NCBI GenBank assembly: GCA_001915065.1
Contig: MNDT01000020.1
Span: 1 to 61,259 of the forward strand
Origin: an archaeon 13_2_20CM_2_53_6
GTDB lineage: Archaea > Thermoproteota > Bathyarchaeia > 40CM-2-53-6
Direction: 5' to 3'
Length of the DNA stretch: 61,259 bases
Part shown: positions 36,486 to 46,395 of the stretch, piece after piece
Layout: each line of letters starts with the position of its first letter
Position numbering within the stretch: position 1 is the first letter of the stretch
Translations under genes and position numbers: made by a program
Notes under the pieces: generated by a model
What the model saw: only the letters and a program-made list of their open reading frames with translations
What the model was told of the DNA's origin: nothing
The model's database searches: none

Positions 36486-36809
36486 TTGCAGTTTTGTCCG
36501 AAGTGTGGGTCTACCCTACTTCCTTCCAAGATGGAGAAGAAGGTCTTCATGGCGTGCGCAAAGTGTGGCTATACTAGCAGCCGGGCTGACAAGGTAATCA
36601 GTCGACTCTCCCACGAGAGGGAAAACATAATCGTTCTAGGCAAAGAAGAGCAGAAGATCCGCACCCTCCCCAAGACGAAGGCTGAGTGTCCAAAGTGCAA
36701 CAACCACGAAGCCTTTTATTGGCTCGTCCAGACGAGGGGTGCCGACGAGTCGTCCACGCAGTTCTTTAGATGTACCAACTGCGGGGCAACCTGGCGAGAG
36801 AATAGTTAG
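36486..36809 (+). CDS. tfs: Transcript cleavage factor TFS
   Basis: FCPKCG, ECPKC, QTRGADE..FFRC. Confidence 0.93.
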   Translation: MQFCPKCGSTLLPSKMEKKVFMACAKCGYTSSRADKVISRLSHERENIIVLGKEEQKIRTLPKTKAECPKCNNHEAFYWLVQTRGADESSTQFFRCTNCGATWRENS

Positions 36810-36813
36810 ACCA

Positions 36814-37629
36814 ATGTTGGAAAGCTCATTAGCAGAAACAACGAGCAAGAAAGAAGGAACGGCAAAACCAGCTTTGTTTAAGGCCACGATGAACGATGCC
36901 CGATTATTCAGAAACCTAATCGGAGCCATTTCGAGCCTAATCGAAGAGGCGGACTTCAACGCCACACCGGAAGGAATCAAACTCCGCTCCATGGATCCGT
37001 CACACATAGCGATGGTGGATTTCGAATGGCCGAAAGCGGCCTTCGACATCTACGAGTGCACCAGCCCAACAAAGCTGAGATTGAGCGTATCAAATCTCCT
37101 CAAGCTTCTCAAGAGAACTAGGAGTGACGAGTCTGTAGAGATCGTGTACGACGATGCGAACAAGAAGCTCAACATCACTCTGAAGAACAAGATCGTCCGG
37201 AAATTCATCACGCCGACACTAGAGCCCTCCACGGAAGAGGTGCCAACTCCCAAAGTCCCATTCAATGCGAGAGTAAAGATCACCGCGGTCAGCCTTAGAG
37301 ACGTTATCGACGACGCACAATCCATAAGCGACAACGTCAAGCTCGAAGTGAGTCCGGAAAAGTTCATTGTCAGAGCTACTGGCGAACTTAGCAGCGCGAT
37401 CATCGAAATGGACAAGGGAAGCGACGCGATACTAGAGCTAGACGCAAAAGAGGCCTGCAGAGCAACATACAATCTGAACTATTTTGGGGAAATCATACGG
37501 GCTGGCTCGGGCGCGTCAGAGGTAGCATCTCTAGAGTTCTCGACCAACATGCCAATCAAGGTCGAATTTGAGATGCCCCAGCAGGGCAGACTCCTATACT
37601 ATCTCGCGCCCAGAATTGAGCAAGAATAA
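36814..37629 (+). CDS. pcn: PCNA sliding clamp
   Basis: SMDPSHIAMV, YYLAPRIE; start ATG 36814 or TTG 36874. Confidence 0.95.
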   Translation: MLESSLAETTSKKEGTAKPALFKATMNDARLFRNLIGAISSLIEEADFNATPEGIKLRSMDPSHIAMVDFEWPKAAFDIYECTSPTKLRLSVSNLLKLLKRTRSDESVEIVYDDANKKLNITLKNKIVRKFITPTLEPSTEEVPTPKVPFNARVKITAVSLRDVIDDAQSISDNVKLEVSPEKFIVRATGELSSAIIEMDKGSDAILELDAKEACRATYNLNYFGEIIRAGSGASEVASLEFSTNMPIKVEFEMPQQGRLLYYLAPRIEQE

Positions 37630-37638
37630 GACGATGGC

Positions 37639-38691
37639 ATGCTAACAAGGGCTGACCTAGCAAAGTACCCCTTTGTCGCAGAAGCCACGGATTACGTTAG
37701 AGAACTAGGTTTCTCTATCGACGAGATAGCAACCCCAGAGTTCAGTCCAGTCTTGGACAGAGCGGAGAGACGCCTGGAAGAGGCGCTCTCTAAGAGCCAG
37801 ATCTCGGTTGAGGTCAGCAACGAAAGTGCCGAGATCCTCTCATTCCCTGTATCCAATCTAATCCTAGGTCTCATCGGAGATGAGAGGGCCCGGCGAAGGT
37901 TCGCTCTTGCAGAAGCGAAGAGAGCTTACGACCTTCTCAGACAAGAGAGCCCTGAGAAACTAGAACACATTGCAACCACCACATTCGGATGGAGACTCGA
38001 GAGGCTCGACATAAGGCTGGGACTGAGACTTTATGATTTCGGCCTCAATTTAGCAGACTTTCTTCGCAACTCAGTCCATCTCCGAGAGCCACGATGGAAC
38101 CTTCCAAACAGAGTTCTCAACCACGGGCTTGTATATGTCACACGTGAGGAGACCGCTCGCCTAATGGAGGAAGAAGTGAGAATGAGAGTTCTGGAGAGGT
38201 CTAGTAAGGTACCTGCGTCAGTCCCCCAACCCTTGGGATCAAAGGTGGAGAGGGCCAGGGGACTTGTTATCAAATGGCTCGGAATTCCTACTCAATATGA
38301 ACTCCCCAAGGTTCCCATGCCGGACGCGATGCCCCCGTGCATCAGGCATCTGATAGACAATCTGAATGAAGGAAAGAACGTCCAGCACATGGGAAGGTTC
38401 GCCCTAGCAGCTTTCTTGCTGAATATCGGAGCTGGCGACGAAGAGATCGTGAAAATGTTCAAGCCTGCAACTGACTTTTCGGAGAGGATGACTCGTTACC
38501 AAGTCGAGCATATCGGGGGAAAAAGAGGGGGCAGGACAAAATACACCTGTCCGATGTGCACCACCCTCAAGACCCATGGAGTTTGTTTCAAACCAGACAA
38601 AATTTGCGATACCATCAGGAACCCTCTAAGCTACTACAAGAGAAAATCACGGATTCTCTCAGGCAAAGGTCCTAGCCGTGAGTTCAGCTGA
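37639..38691 (+). CDS. priL: DNA primase large subunit
   Basis: LAKYPF, PPCI, HMGRF, YQVEHI, Fe-S Cys cluster. Confidence 0.93.
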   Translation: MLTRADLAKYPFVAEATDYVRELGFSIDEIATPEFSPVLDRAERRLEEALSKSQISVEVSNESAEILSFPVSNLILGLIGDERARRRFALAEAKRAYDLLRQESPEKLEHIATTTFGWRLERLDIRLGLRLYDFGLNLADFLRNSVHLREPRWNLPNRVLNHGLVYVTREETARLMEEEVRMRVLERSSKVPASVPQPLGSKVERARGLVIKWLGIPTQYELPKVPMPDAMPPCIRHLIDNLNEGKNVQHMGRFALAAFLLNIGAGDEEIVKMFKPATDFSERMTRYQVEHIGGKRGGRTKYTCPMCTTLKTHGVCFKPDKICDTIRNPLSYYKRKSRILSGKGPSREFS

Positions 38692-39895
38692 ACACTTAAT
38701 CAAGCAAAAATTCCAGCAATTCTACCTAGAACGGAATCGGACGCTGTTCTCACCGCCAGCTGCTTCCCAACGAGAGTATGGGTTCCTCCTCTTCAAGGGG
38801 AAGTTCATGGTACGACATAGGACTTTCAAGAATCCAGAAACTCTCTTGACAGCAATAAGGGATCTATCGCCAGCTCATGTTTACTTCTCGACCGCTTACT
38901 ATCAAGATCCGACTGCTTCAATGGACCAAAAGGGTTGGCTCGGAGCGGATCTCGTCTTCGATATCGACGCCGACCACTTGGACACGCCTTGCAAAATAAT
39001 GCATGATAATTGGAAATGCAAAGCGTGCTCAACCGTGGGAAAGGGGAGTGCTCCCAAGACATGTCCAAAGTGCAAGAACGATCGAGTGGAAATCGAAACT
39101 TGGTTGTGCGATCGGTGTCTTCAGGAGGCCAAGGAAGAGACCATCCATCTATTGGAGATGATTTTTTCAGACCTTCAGATGGGGGATGCGAATCTGAGTG
39201 TTTACTTTTCGGGTCATCGGGGTTACCACGTTCACCTGCACTCCGAAGATTTCCGAATGCTAAGGGAAGAACAGCGTCGGGAGATAGTAGACTATTTGCT
39301 GGGAGAACAGCTAGATCCCTCACTTCAAGGCATGGAGGATGTTCCCGAAGGCGGCGTTTTGATTCTCAAGGGTCCCCAGTGGGGAGAACCAGGTTGGCGA
39401 GGGAGGATGGTCAGGGGAATATACGAGGTTCTGACGAAAGAAGGAGAGAACTTAGGCTTGAACCAAGCCCAACTCAAAGTGATCAATGCCTGGGACAAGG
39501 CCAACTTCTTTACTAAACCCTTCTGGAGTTCTCTCAAAGGCATTAACGCTGGAACTTGGAAGAATATTGTTCAACGTGCAGTCAGGGAAACTGCCGCAAA
39601 AATCGATTCGGTCGTTACCAGCGACGTACACAGACTTATTCGCCTGCCGGGGACCTTAAATGGACACACTGGTCTCCTTGGAGTAAACGTTCCACTCGAA
39701 AGGCTCGATGAGTTCGATCCATTCATCGAGTCTATTGCCTTTCCCGAGGGACAGGTGAAGATAACCGTCAAAGACTCCCCCGAATTTAGAATCGGGTCAC
39801 AGAACTTCGGACCTTTCCACGACGAGAAGATAGAGTTACCTACAGCAGCCGCGATGCTGCTACTTTGCAAGCATAAGGCTGAACCAACGAGCTAA
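38678..39895 (+). CDS. priS: DNA primase catalytic subunit
   Basis: DLVFDIDAD, FSGHRGYH, IDSVVT, RLIRLPGTLN. Confidence 0.95.
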   Translation: MSSAEHLIKQKFQQFYLERNRTLFSPPAASQREYGFLLFKGKFMVRHRTFKNPETLLTAIRDLSPAHVYFSTAYYQDPTASMDQKGWLGADLVFDIDADHLDTPCKIMHDNWKCKACSTVGKGSAPKTCPKCKNDRVEIETWLCDRCLQEAKEETIHLLEMIFSDLQMGDANLSVYFSGHRGYHVHLHSEDFRMLREEQRREIVDYLLGEQLDPSLQGMEDVPEGGVLILKGPQWGEPGWRGRMVRGIYEVLTKEGENLGLNQAQLKVINAWDKANFFTKPFWSSLKGINAGTWKNIVQRAVRETAAKIDSVVTSDVHRLIRLPGTLNGHTGLLGVNVPLERLDEFDPFIESIAFPEGQVKITVKDSPEFRIGSQNFGPFHDEKIELPTAAAMLLLCKHKAEPTS

Positions 39896-40058
39896 GGATC
39901 CCGTAATTGGGCAACGATTCAAAAAATGGTTTTCCCGGACTGAGAGTGGATGGTCAAGGAATCCTATACCTTACGGCAATGGGGCATGAATCTTCTGGAA
40001 AGGTCAAGATATTTAGAAGCAGTAAGAGGAGGAGCATTCGTCTGACGCTGGGAAAATT

Positions 40059-40622
40059 GTGACCGCTACATATGATGAGTTACATGAAGCTTGGAAACGA
40101 GAATTCCACAATCCCGAACTACAGCCGTTAAGGCCAGGCCTGTTCAAAGACCTATCATCCTACATCAAGAGGCTCAGAGAATCGCAGAAAAACCTGGATG
40201 CAAAGTCTCTCAAAGCAATCGTATTGGAAGAGGAAATGCTTCGCCTCGAGCAACTGTTAACCCAGTTCTTGGATCGAAGGCTCGAGAAGCTCTGGCTACA
40301 GACAGGTCTCGTTCAATCTACCAGCCTAGAATACACGGAGAAGCTGACCCATCAAGCAATCTCAGGGATCCTGAGAGACTACGACAAGATGAAACAAGAT
40401 CTCCTTCAGGGCCAGGAACCGTCTCATTCAAAGCCAAAGAATGGGGAATTTGTCTTGATACGGTTTGTAAAAGACGTTCCATCAATCATAGGAGTGGACT
40501 TGAAGGCGCACGGTCCATTTCACAAGGAGGACGTTGCGAAGTTGCCACAAGAAAACTCTGACAGTCTAGTCAGACGAGGGGCTGCCGTCGAAATAACCGC
40601 CTCGAACAGGGATAATGAATAA
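40059..40622 (+). CDS. GINS subunit (Gins15/51 type)
   Basis: N-terminal helical domain; C-terminal IIGVDLKAHGPF..DV..LP; priS synteny. Confidence 0.85.
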   Translation: MTATYDELHEAWKREFHNPELQPLRPGLFKDLSSYIKRLRESQKNLDAKSLKAIVLEEEMLRLEQLLTQFLDRRLEKLWLQTGLVQSTSLEYTEKLTHQAISGILRDYDKMKQDLLQGQEPSHSKPKNGEFVLIRFVKDVPSIIGVDLKAHGPFHKEDVAKLPQENSDSLVRRGAAVEITASNRDNE

Positions 40623-40667
40623 AAGGCGGCTGGGCACTCCCCGAAGTCTTTCGCCGGTGTTAGAGAG

Positions 40668-40946
40668 TTGAAATTTCCGAAGGAGGTCAACACCTACTGT
40701 CCCAAGTGTGGACACCATACTGCCCACTCGGTCACGGTCTACAAGGCTGGAAAGGCCCGTACCATGGCCTGGGGAACCCGTAGGCAGGATAGACGGAAGC
40801 ACGGATACGGGGGACAGAAGTTTCCAGAACTGAAACGCACAGCCAAGACGACAAAGAAATCGCTCTTGCGACTAAAATGCAGAACATGCAATTATACAGT
40901 CATGCGTCTAGGCATTAGGCTGAGAAAATTGGAGGTAGGAGCCTAG
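40668..40946 (+). CDS. rpl44e: Ribosomal protein L44e (eL42)
   Basis: TYCPKC, GYGGQ, AKTTKK, LKC. Confidence 0.95.
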   Translation: MKFPKEVNTYCPKCGHHTAHSVTVYKAGKARTMAWGTRRQDRRKHGYGGQKFPELKRTAKTTKKSLLRLKCRTCNYTVMRLGIRLRKLEVGA

Positions 40947-41138
40947 ATGAGATGGGAACTGATCCCGAAGCCTCGAAGCGTATTCCTCCGGGTCAAATGT
41001 TTGAAATGCGCCAATGAACAGATTGTCTTTGAGAGAACAAGCAGCTACGTCAAATGTACAGTCTGCGATGAGCTCCTGGCTCAGCCCACCGGCGGAAAGG
41101 CCACGATTCGCGCAGAAATATTACAGTCATTAAGCTAG
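40947..41138 (+). CDS. rps27e: Ribosomal protein S27e
   Basis: PRSVFLRVKC..C, PTGGKA. Confidence 0.95.
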   Translation: MRWELIPKPRSVFLRVKCLKCANEQIVFERTSSYVKCTVCDELLAQPTGGKATIRAEILQSLS

Positions 41139-41157
41139 CAAGGTCCAAGGTCCAATC

Positions 41158-41949
41158 ATGTCCACCCAGGCCTCCCAGACAGTATTCCCGGAAGTAGGAG
41201 ACCTTGTCGTCGCGACGGTCACAAGGGTGGAAGACTATGGCGCGTACGTCAAACTCGACGAGTATGCCGGCATCGAGGGTCTAGTCCACATCTCGGAGAT
41301 TTCAACGACTTGGGTAAGGAACATCCGAGATCATGCCCGTGCGGGCCAGAAGCTCGTCCTCAAAGTCCTCAGAGTCAATCCACAACGGAACCAGATAGAT
41401 CTGTCTCTGCGACGAGTGACAGGCAGGGAAAAATCGGAGAAGATGCTCGAGTGGAAGAAGGAGAGGAAAGCAGAAGCGATTCTCAAGAGTGCCGCCGAAA
41501 AAATGCAGAAGCCGGAAGAGGATGCTGAGGTCATCAAGAACACTATTCTAGAAAAGTTCGGCGGTCTCTACCAGCCTCTGGAGGAAGCGATTGACGAGGG
41601 TCCGGAAGCACTGGTCAAAGCGGGGCTCTCCGAGGAATGGGCTCAGGCAATAGCCGAGGTTTCTAAGAGCAAGATTCGGCTCGAGAGGTCGAAGGTTCGA
41701 GGAACGGTCTCGGTAAGCTGTCACAAGCCTGGCGGTTTGGAGATCATTCGTCAGACTCTTGTCAGCGCCAAGAAAATACGCCGGCCTCGAGGTAGCGAGA
41801 TAAACATCTACACGATAGGCGCCCCCAAGTATCGGGTCGAGGTGGAAGCAGGCAGCTTTGAGGCAGCAGAAAAAACACTGAACCTCGTAATGGAGGATAT
41901 ACTCGAATCCATCAAGAAAGCCGGTGGGGAGGGGCGGAAGATTGGATGA
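41158..41949 (+). CDS. eif2a: Translation initiation factor aIF2 alpha
   Basis: S1 domain, [23 protein letters not shown]. Confidence 0.95.
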   Translation: MSTQASQTVFPEVGDLVVATVTRVEDYGAYVKLDEYAGIEGLVHISEISTTWVRNIRDHARAGQKLVLKVLRVNPQRNQIDLSLRRVTGREKSEKMLEWKKERKAEAILKSAAEKMQKPEEDAEVIKNTILEKFGGLYQPLEEAIDEGPEALVKAGLSEEWAQAIAEVSKSKIRLERSKVRGTVSVSCHKPGGLEIIRQTLVSAKKIRRPRGSEINIYTIGAPKYRVEVEAGSFEAAEKTLNLVMEDILESIKKAGGEGRKIG

Positions 41950-42110
41950 AATGGTTGATGCGACGGTGCACGAAGTGTTGGCGATATACCCTCAAGAATC
42001 CCTGTCCCCATTGTGGCTCGCCGACTAGTATTCCGCATCCTGCAAAGTTTTCCCCAGAAGACAAGTACGCACGTTACCGAATCAAACGTTCTGAAGCCGC
42101 GACTGCCTAG
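41946..42110 (+). CDS. nop10: H/ACA RNP protein Nop10
   Basis: Not in ORF track; [40 protein letters not shown]. Confidence 0.95.
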   Translation: MKWLMRRCTKCWRYTLKNPCPHCGSPTSIPHPAKFSPEDKYARYRIKRSEAATA

Positions 42111-42113
42111 AGG

Positions 42114-44546
42114 CTAGTGCTCGATAAGAGTCTGGTTACCACTCAATACCATATTCAAGTTGAGAGCGGGATCCCCATTCCACCAGCCCCCAACGGTTAT
42201 CGATCCCAACTGATTAGGAGGTGTCCAATCTCGAAATGTGAAAGTGCCCGAAGACGTGATTGTCGCATTTCCGATCAAGGTCCAGCCAGTACTTGTCGTC
42301 GCGTATTGGAGCACTACCGGCTTCACCGTGGTCAGTACAGGGAGTCCGCTCGGATAGGAGAGGCTCCCAGTTATGTTGGTGGTGCCTCCCTGAGGCATGT
42401 ACGGGTTGCTGAGAACGGTAGTAAGAGTAGGCGTCTGTGGATAGTTCACTTTATAGATCAGCACGTAGTTGTTAGACGAGGCAAAGACCCTGCCGAAGAA
42501 ATAGAAATTGTCGGTTATCACTGTACCATTGTCGGTTTTGCCTCCTATGGTGATGTACCTGTCGTAGACCGAAGCGCCGGTCTGCGCATTCTCGGTGACC
42601 TGTCGATAGGTTACGGTAGCTAGACCTAGCGGCGTGTTTATGACCGTTCCATTTCCTATGCGGACCATCCAGTACCATTTGCTGTCATCGCCGTAGCCGC
42701 ACACGGGAGGGCTTCCAGCGCCTGACGAGCAGAGACCCGATCCTCCCTGCTGGTAGTTGAAGCTGATGAATATTGCAACATGGGTCACGCCGTACTGGCG
42801 CAGAAGGTTGACGCCCATGGATTCGTTGAGCATCAGTCCTGTTGCGATAATCTGAATCTGCGTTAGATTTCCTGTTCCATTGTCGGCAAGAGTATGCAGT
42901 CCTGTGTTTACCGAAATCCAGTATCCGTAATCCCACCAAGCGAAGACGACGCTTGTGGAAGGTAGGTTGTTGTTCATCCAGGTTAGGGCCTGAATCCAGT
43001 CGGGATAGTAGCCTCGTACTGGGAGGCTGGCTGACGCTATGGTCGTCGGAGTATAGGCTGATTGGACCGCGTTTATGAACGTGGGAACCACAAGGATTAG
43101 GATGATTAGGAGTATGCCGAGGCTGAACTCTCGGCTCACTCTGCTTGTGAATCGCAACTTCCTTCTTGGGAATATGACAGCCTGTTGGATGATGTCCATT
43201 GCAGGCTTTCCAAGTTCGACAATAGTGATTGCTCCTAACGTAGCCACGGCGGGGGCGAGGATTAGTGTAAGTCTAACGAGGCTGGCAGCGAAATAGAAGG
43301 CTGTGACTCCGAAGATTATGAGGAGTACATCGCTGTCTCGTAATCGTTGAAAGGCAAAGAAGAAGCCGAAAACGGCCAGAAGTATGACGCTTCCTATTTC
43401 AAGGTAGAGGCTCGCCCATGTTGAAGGTCTATTCTCCGCGACGGAAGCCACAAGGGGAATACTGTTCCGGATGAATGGGTTTAGTGTTGCATAGAATTTT
43501 CCTCGAAGGCCTGCGGAAATCAGACCAGTGCTGACGCCGAGAATCGCCACCGCCGCGACACCAGCCACTGTGAGACCGGCTACTGCCAATCTTCCCCTAG
43601 AAGTCGGGGCAAGCCGGGCCAGTTCCATTATCGCGAGAACTCCCATCACACCCAACAGGGCAATTGTGGTGCTCTCCGTAAGGTAAGTATGCCCTAACAA
43701 CGGAAGTTCAGTTCCTGTGAATAGGAACAAGCCCATCGTAATCCCATACGAGAGCATGAGGCGTGGAGAGTATCTCTTCAAAACCACCAATGCCAGGGCG
43801 AAGAGTCCCAACACCTCCGCGGCATACCGGAAACTTCCCCAGGCGAAGGCCATGTAGATTAGGCTCATGCTGGAGAGTATGCTGTAGATGATCGTGGCCT
43901 TCAGCGACCGGTTCGCGTCGACAGCTCTTATGAAGAATAGAAATGTCATGACCATCGTTGGTATTCCAACGGCCTCGTTTCGGAAGAAGCCAAGGTCGGT
44001 ACGGCTGATCAAGCTCGAGCTGAACGCTGAGAGTAGGGCGGCCAATAGGCCAGCACTGTTACCCCAAATGTCTCTGGCAAAGAAGTAGATGACGAGTACT
44101 CCGAAAACGCCCAGAGTCACAGGGGCATAGACGGCCGCATCATAGAGACTAACATTGATACCTATTGCCTGGAGAAACATGTAGATGAGTGTCCCGGTGA
44201 AGCTGGTTCCGGGATAGCTCGTCGTGACCGGTGGTCTACCAAAGGGAAACCATGCCTTGAAATCTGTGTAGGCGTACCAGCTCTGCCAGCCACCAGAAGT
44301 TATCTGGCGCATGTCGTTGAAGTTGAAATATGGGTCGAACTCGCTGATGTAAGCCCCCCATCGCAGGGGAAGTAGGCGGATAATGGCGGCAAGTCCAAGG
44401 GTCAGGGTTAGGATGGAATAGTGAAGAACTGTGGCGCGGGGGATTCCGCCAAGTGTCTTTCTGATAGCTCTGAAACGGGCGGAAATGTTCTCGCGGCTAA
44501 GCCCTCCCCTTATTCCAGTGAATATGCCTTCAGGCTCGAGAGTCAT
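42114..44546 (-). CDS. aglB: Oligosaccharyltransferase AglB (STT3)
   Basis: EFDPYF, SVAEN, WWDYG, ADN; many TMs. Confidence 0.95.
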   Translation of the reverse strand: MTLEPEGIFTGIRGGLSRENISARFRAIRKTLGGIPRATVLHYSILTLTLGLAAIIRLLPLRWGAYISEFDPYFNFNDMRQITSGGWQSWYAYTDFKAWFPFGRPPVTTSYPGTSFTGTLIYMFLQAIGINVSLYDAAVYAPVTLGVFGVLVIYFFARDIWGNSAGLLAALLSAFSSSLISRTDLGFFRNEAVGIPTMVMTFLFFIRAVDANRSLKATIIYSILSSMSLIYMAFAWGSFRYAAEVLGLFALALVVLKRYSPRLMLSYGITMGLFLFTGTELPLLGHTYLTESTTIALLGVMGVLAIMELARLAPTSRGRLAVAGLTVAGVAAVAILGVSTGLISAGLRGKFYATLNPFIRNSIPLVASVAENRPSTWASLYLEIGSVILLAVFGFFFAFQRLRDSDVLLIIFGVTAFYFAASLVRLTLILAPAVATLGAITIVELGKPAMDIIQQAVIFPRRKLRFTSRVSREFSLGILLIILILVVPTFINAVQSAYTPTTIASASLPVRGYYPDWIQALTWMNNNLPSTSVVFAWWDYGYWISVNTGLHTLADNGTGNLTQIQIIATGLMLNESMGVNLLRQYGVTHVAIFISFNYQQGGSGLCSSGAGSPPVCGYGDDSKWYWMVRIGNGTVINTPLGLATVTYRQVTENAQTGASVYDRYITIGGKTDNGTVITDNFYFFGRVFASSNNYVLIYKVNYPQTPTLTTVLSNPYMPQGGTTNITGSLSYPSGLPVLTTVKPVVLQYATTSTGWTLIGNATITSSGTFTFRDWTPPNQLGSITVGGWWNGDPALNLNMVLSGNQTLIEH

Positions 44547-44716
44547 GTTGAAACGCTATTCTCGGTTTTTCCTGGAGCGGCGGAGACCGCGATTCCCAAC
44601 GTCTCGTTGTTAATATTCTTGTGGTTTGGAAATGATATGGCGCGGCACTGACCGACGAGGGGGGGACCTCTTCTGTTTATTGTTCCGCCCAAATTCGCCT
44701 GTGAGGAAAGTGTAGC

Positions 44717-44956
44717 CTAGAGCCTCGTTCCGCAGTCCTTGCAATAGATAGCGTGATCCGGGTTCTCAGCCTTGCACCCTGGACACATGCTTCGAACCAC
44801 GGGCATCCTGGGTATCGTGAACGTTTTGCTGGCTCCTTTGTAGAGGTTGAATTTGTCGCCGTTGTCACATCGGAACCGTGAAACGTGATAGTCTTGGAAT
44901 GTCCATTCTCGTTCGGGAGGATCGGAGACCGGGCCTCCGCATCGCGGACAGTTTAG
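44717..44956 (-). CDS. Small Zn-ribbon protein without a canonical start
   Basis: Not in ORF track; LNCPRCGG..EREWTF..RFRCDNGDKFNLY..CPGCKAENPDHAIYCKDCGTRL*. Confidence 0.55.
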   Translation of the reverse strand, partial: LNCPRCGGPVSDPPEREWTFQDYHVSRFRCDNGDKFNLYKGASKTFTIPRMPVVRSMCPGCKAENPDHAIYCKDCGTRL

Positions 44957-45000
44957 GAAGAGCCACTCCCCCTTCGGTCGGGCCTAATGAAAAGTGATAT

Positions 45001-45312
45001 TTAAGACACGCCTGGAGGGAATTTGAATCCGTCTATCTTTCGCAGTTGCCACCGCACCTCATTGTTGCGCGAGTCTATCCAGATCAGAAAGGCCCGCCCC
45101 TTGTCATGTCCTCGGCTGTGGGAGTTCAATGCCTCCACTAGGCGAGGGTCTACAACCGCCTCCGCCGAGCCACCCTCTCCGGTGTTGGGATCCGCAAGGT
45201 CAAACCTGATCCGGGTGAACTCATTCTCTGGGATGGCCGAGTAGTGGAGAACATAGAAGCCTCGACCATCAAGACTCAGCAGCACGGGCCTCTCCTCGGC
45301 ATTTACAGTCAA
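45001..45312 (-). CDS. Hypothetical protein
   Basis: Globular-looking 103 aa from TTG 45312; no motif recognised. Confidence 0.55.
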   Translation of the reverse strand: MTVNAEERPVLLSLDGRGFYVLHYSAIPENEFTRIRFDLADPNTGEGGSAEAVVDPRLVEALNSHSRGHDKGRAFLIWIDSRNNEVRWQLRKIDGFKFPPGVS

Positions 45313-45599
45313 TCTGCCCTCAAAACAATATGCCTCTCCATACGCTATTAGCTGTTCTATGCATAGTACTCGAATCCAGATCGCTGCAACCAGCAATATT
45401 GCAGTGCGAGAACTAGGATCTTCCTAAGACCCCTTTACGGTCGCAGATTGAAGGGTCTTGAGCCAGAATCCTGTCCGCCATCTTATCTTTTCTTTTTCTG
45501 TTAACTATTCTTTTTCCGTTATCTTTTTCTCGACCCCCGGGGGGGCATACCAATACTCCAGAAACCCTTCACAGATTTCGTCCCGACGTTCGTCTTTTT

Positions 45600-45709
45600 T
45601 GGCGCCGGGAGTGGGATTTGAACCCACGAGGGCCTAAGGCCCATCGGATTTCCACACCCGGACCTCAGGTTTAGCAATCCGACGCCATACCTGGCTAGGC
45701 GATCCCGGC
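45600..45709 (-). tRNA. tRNA-Ser(GCT) with 22-nt intron at 37/38 (45650-45671), CCA encoded
   Basis: GCCGGGA/TCCCGGC acceptor stem, TCGGA/TCCGA anticodon stem, long variable arm, GGTTCAAATCC, BHB geometry. Confidence 0.93.
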
Positions 45710-46100
45710 GTTCGTCGCTCTGGTCCTGACTGTTCTAAATAACTCTATACGATAATGATCGAACTCTCACGAAAGTCAGGTTTCGGAGAGGGAGCTTTTG
45801 ACGACTGATAGACGTGGAAAGGCTACTCGGAGGTCTCGAACAGAACCATTTCCAAAACCCAAACATTGAATGGTCGATGGCACCTAATTTGAACCATTGA
45901 GCTGTTCATCTTTGCACCTTGAGCGCTCAGCCAGCTTTAGGATGTAGCAAACCAACAGGCACGATATTACTCCTCGAAACTCGTCAGAAACATAGTTGTG
46001 GAGAAATGTTAGGTTTATTAAACCGGCGATTAGTTTCGCCAATCCAGCCTGGTAGGTCGGACCCTAAACCCCTCCGTCACCCTGAGGTAGCATCAAGTAC

Positions 46101-46370
46101 TTGGTCAAGAAGCAAAGCAAAGAGAAGGAACCCTCTTACGACGTATTCAAACACGAACTAGTACCGAGACACATTCTGCTCAAACCCGCCGAAGCGAAGG
46201 AAGTCCTGGAACGCTACCATATCAAACCCTTCCAGATACCCTACATCAAGTCCACAGACCCTGCAGTACGAGCGATCGGGGCTAAACCCGGAGATATCGT
46301 CAAGGTCGTTCGAAAGAGCGCCACGGCGGGAGAGTCAGACTTTTACAGGTATGTTGTAGAAGATTTTTGA
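46101..46370 (+). CDS. rpoH: RNA polymerase subunit Rpo5/H
   Basis: HELVPRH, DP..GAKPGDIVKVVRKS, YRYVV. Confidence 0.96.
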   Translation: MVKKQSKEKEPSYDVFKHELVPRHILLKPAEAKEVLERYHIKPFQIPYIKSTDPAVRAIGAKPGDIVKVVRKSATAGESDFYRYVVEDF

Positions 46371-46395
46371 AAAAAATATTCTTGAAAGTGAGAGA

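Noticed and set aside
42450-42560. Possible internal deletion in the AglB C-terminal domain
   Set aside because: Frame is intact and the region is variable among AglBs; cannot be supported without alignment or reads
45533-45546. CCCCCGGGGGGG palindrome near the tRNA
   Set aside because: Single low-complexity run with no second copy or supporting context
44600-45600. Integrated element at the tRNA-Ser 3' end
   Set aside because: No integrase and no duplicated tRNA 3' end found by eye
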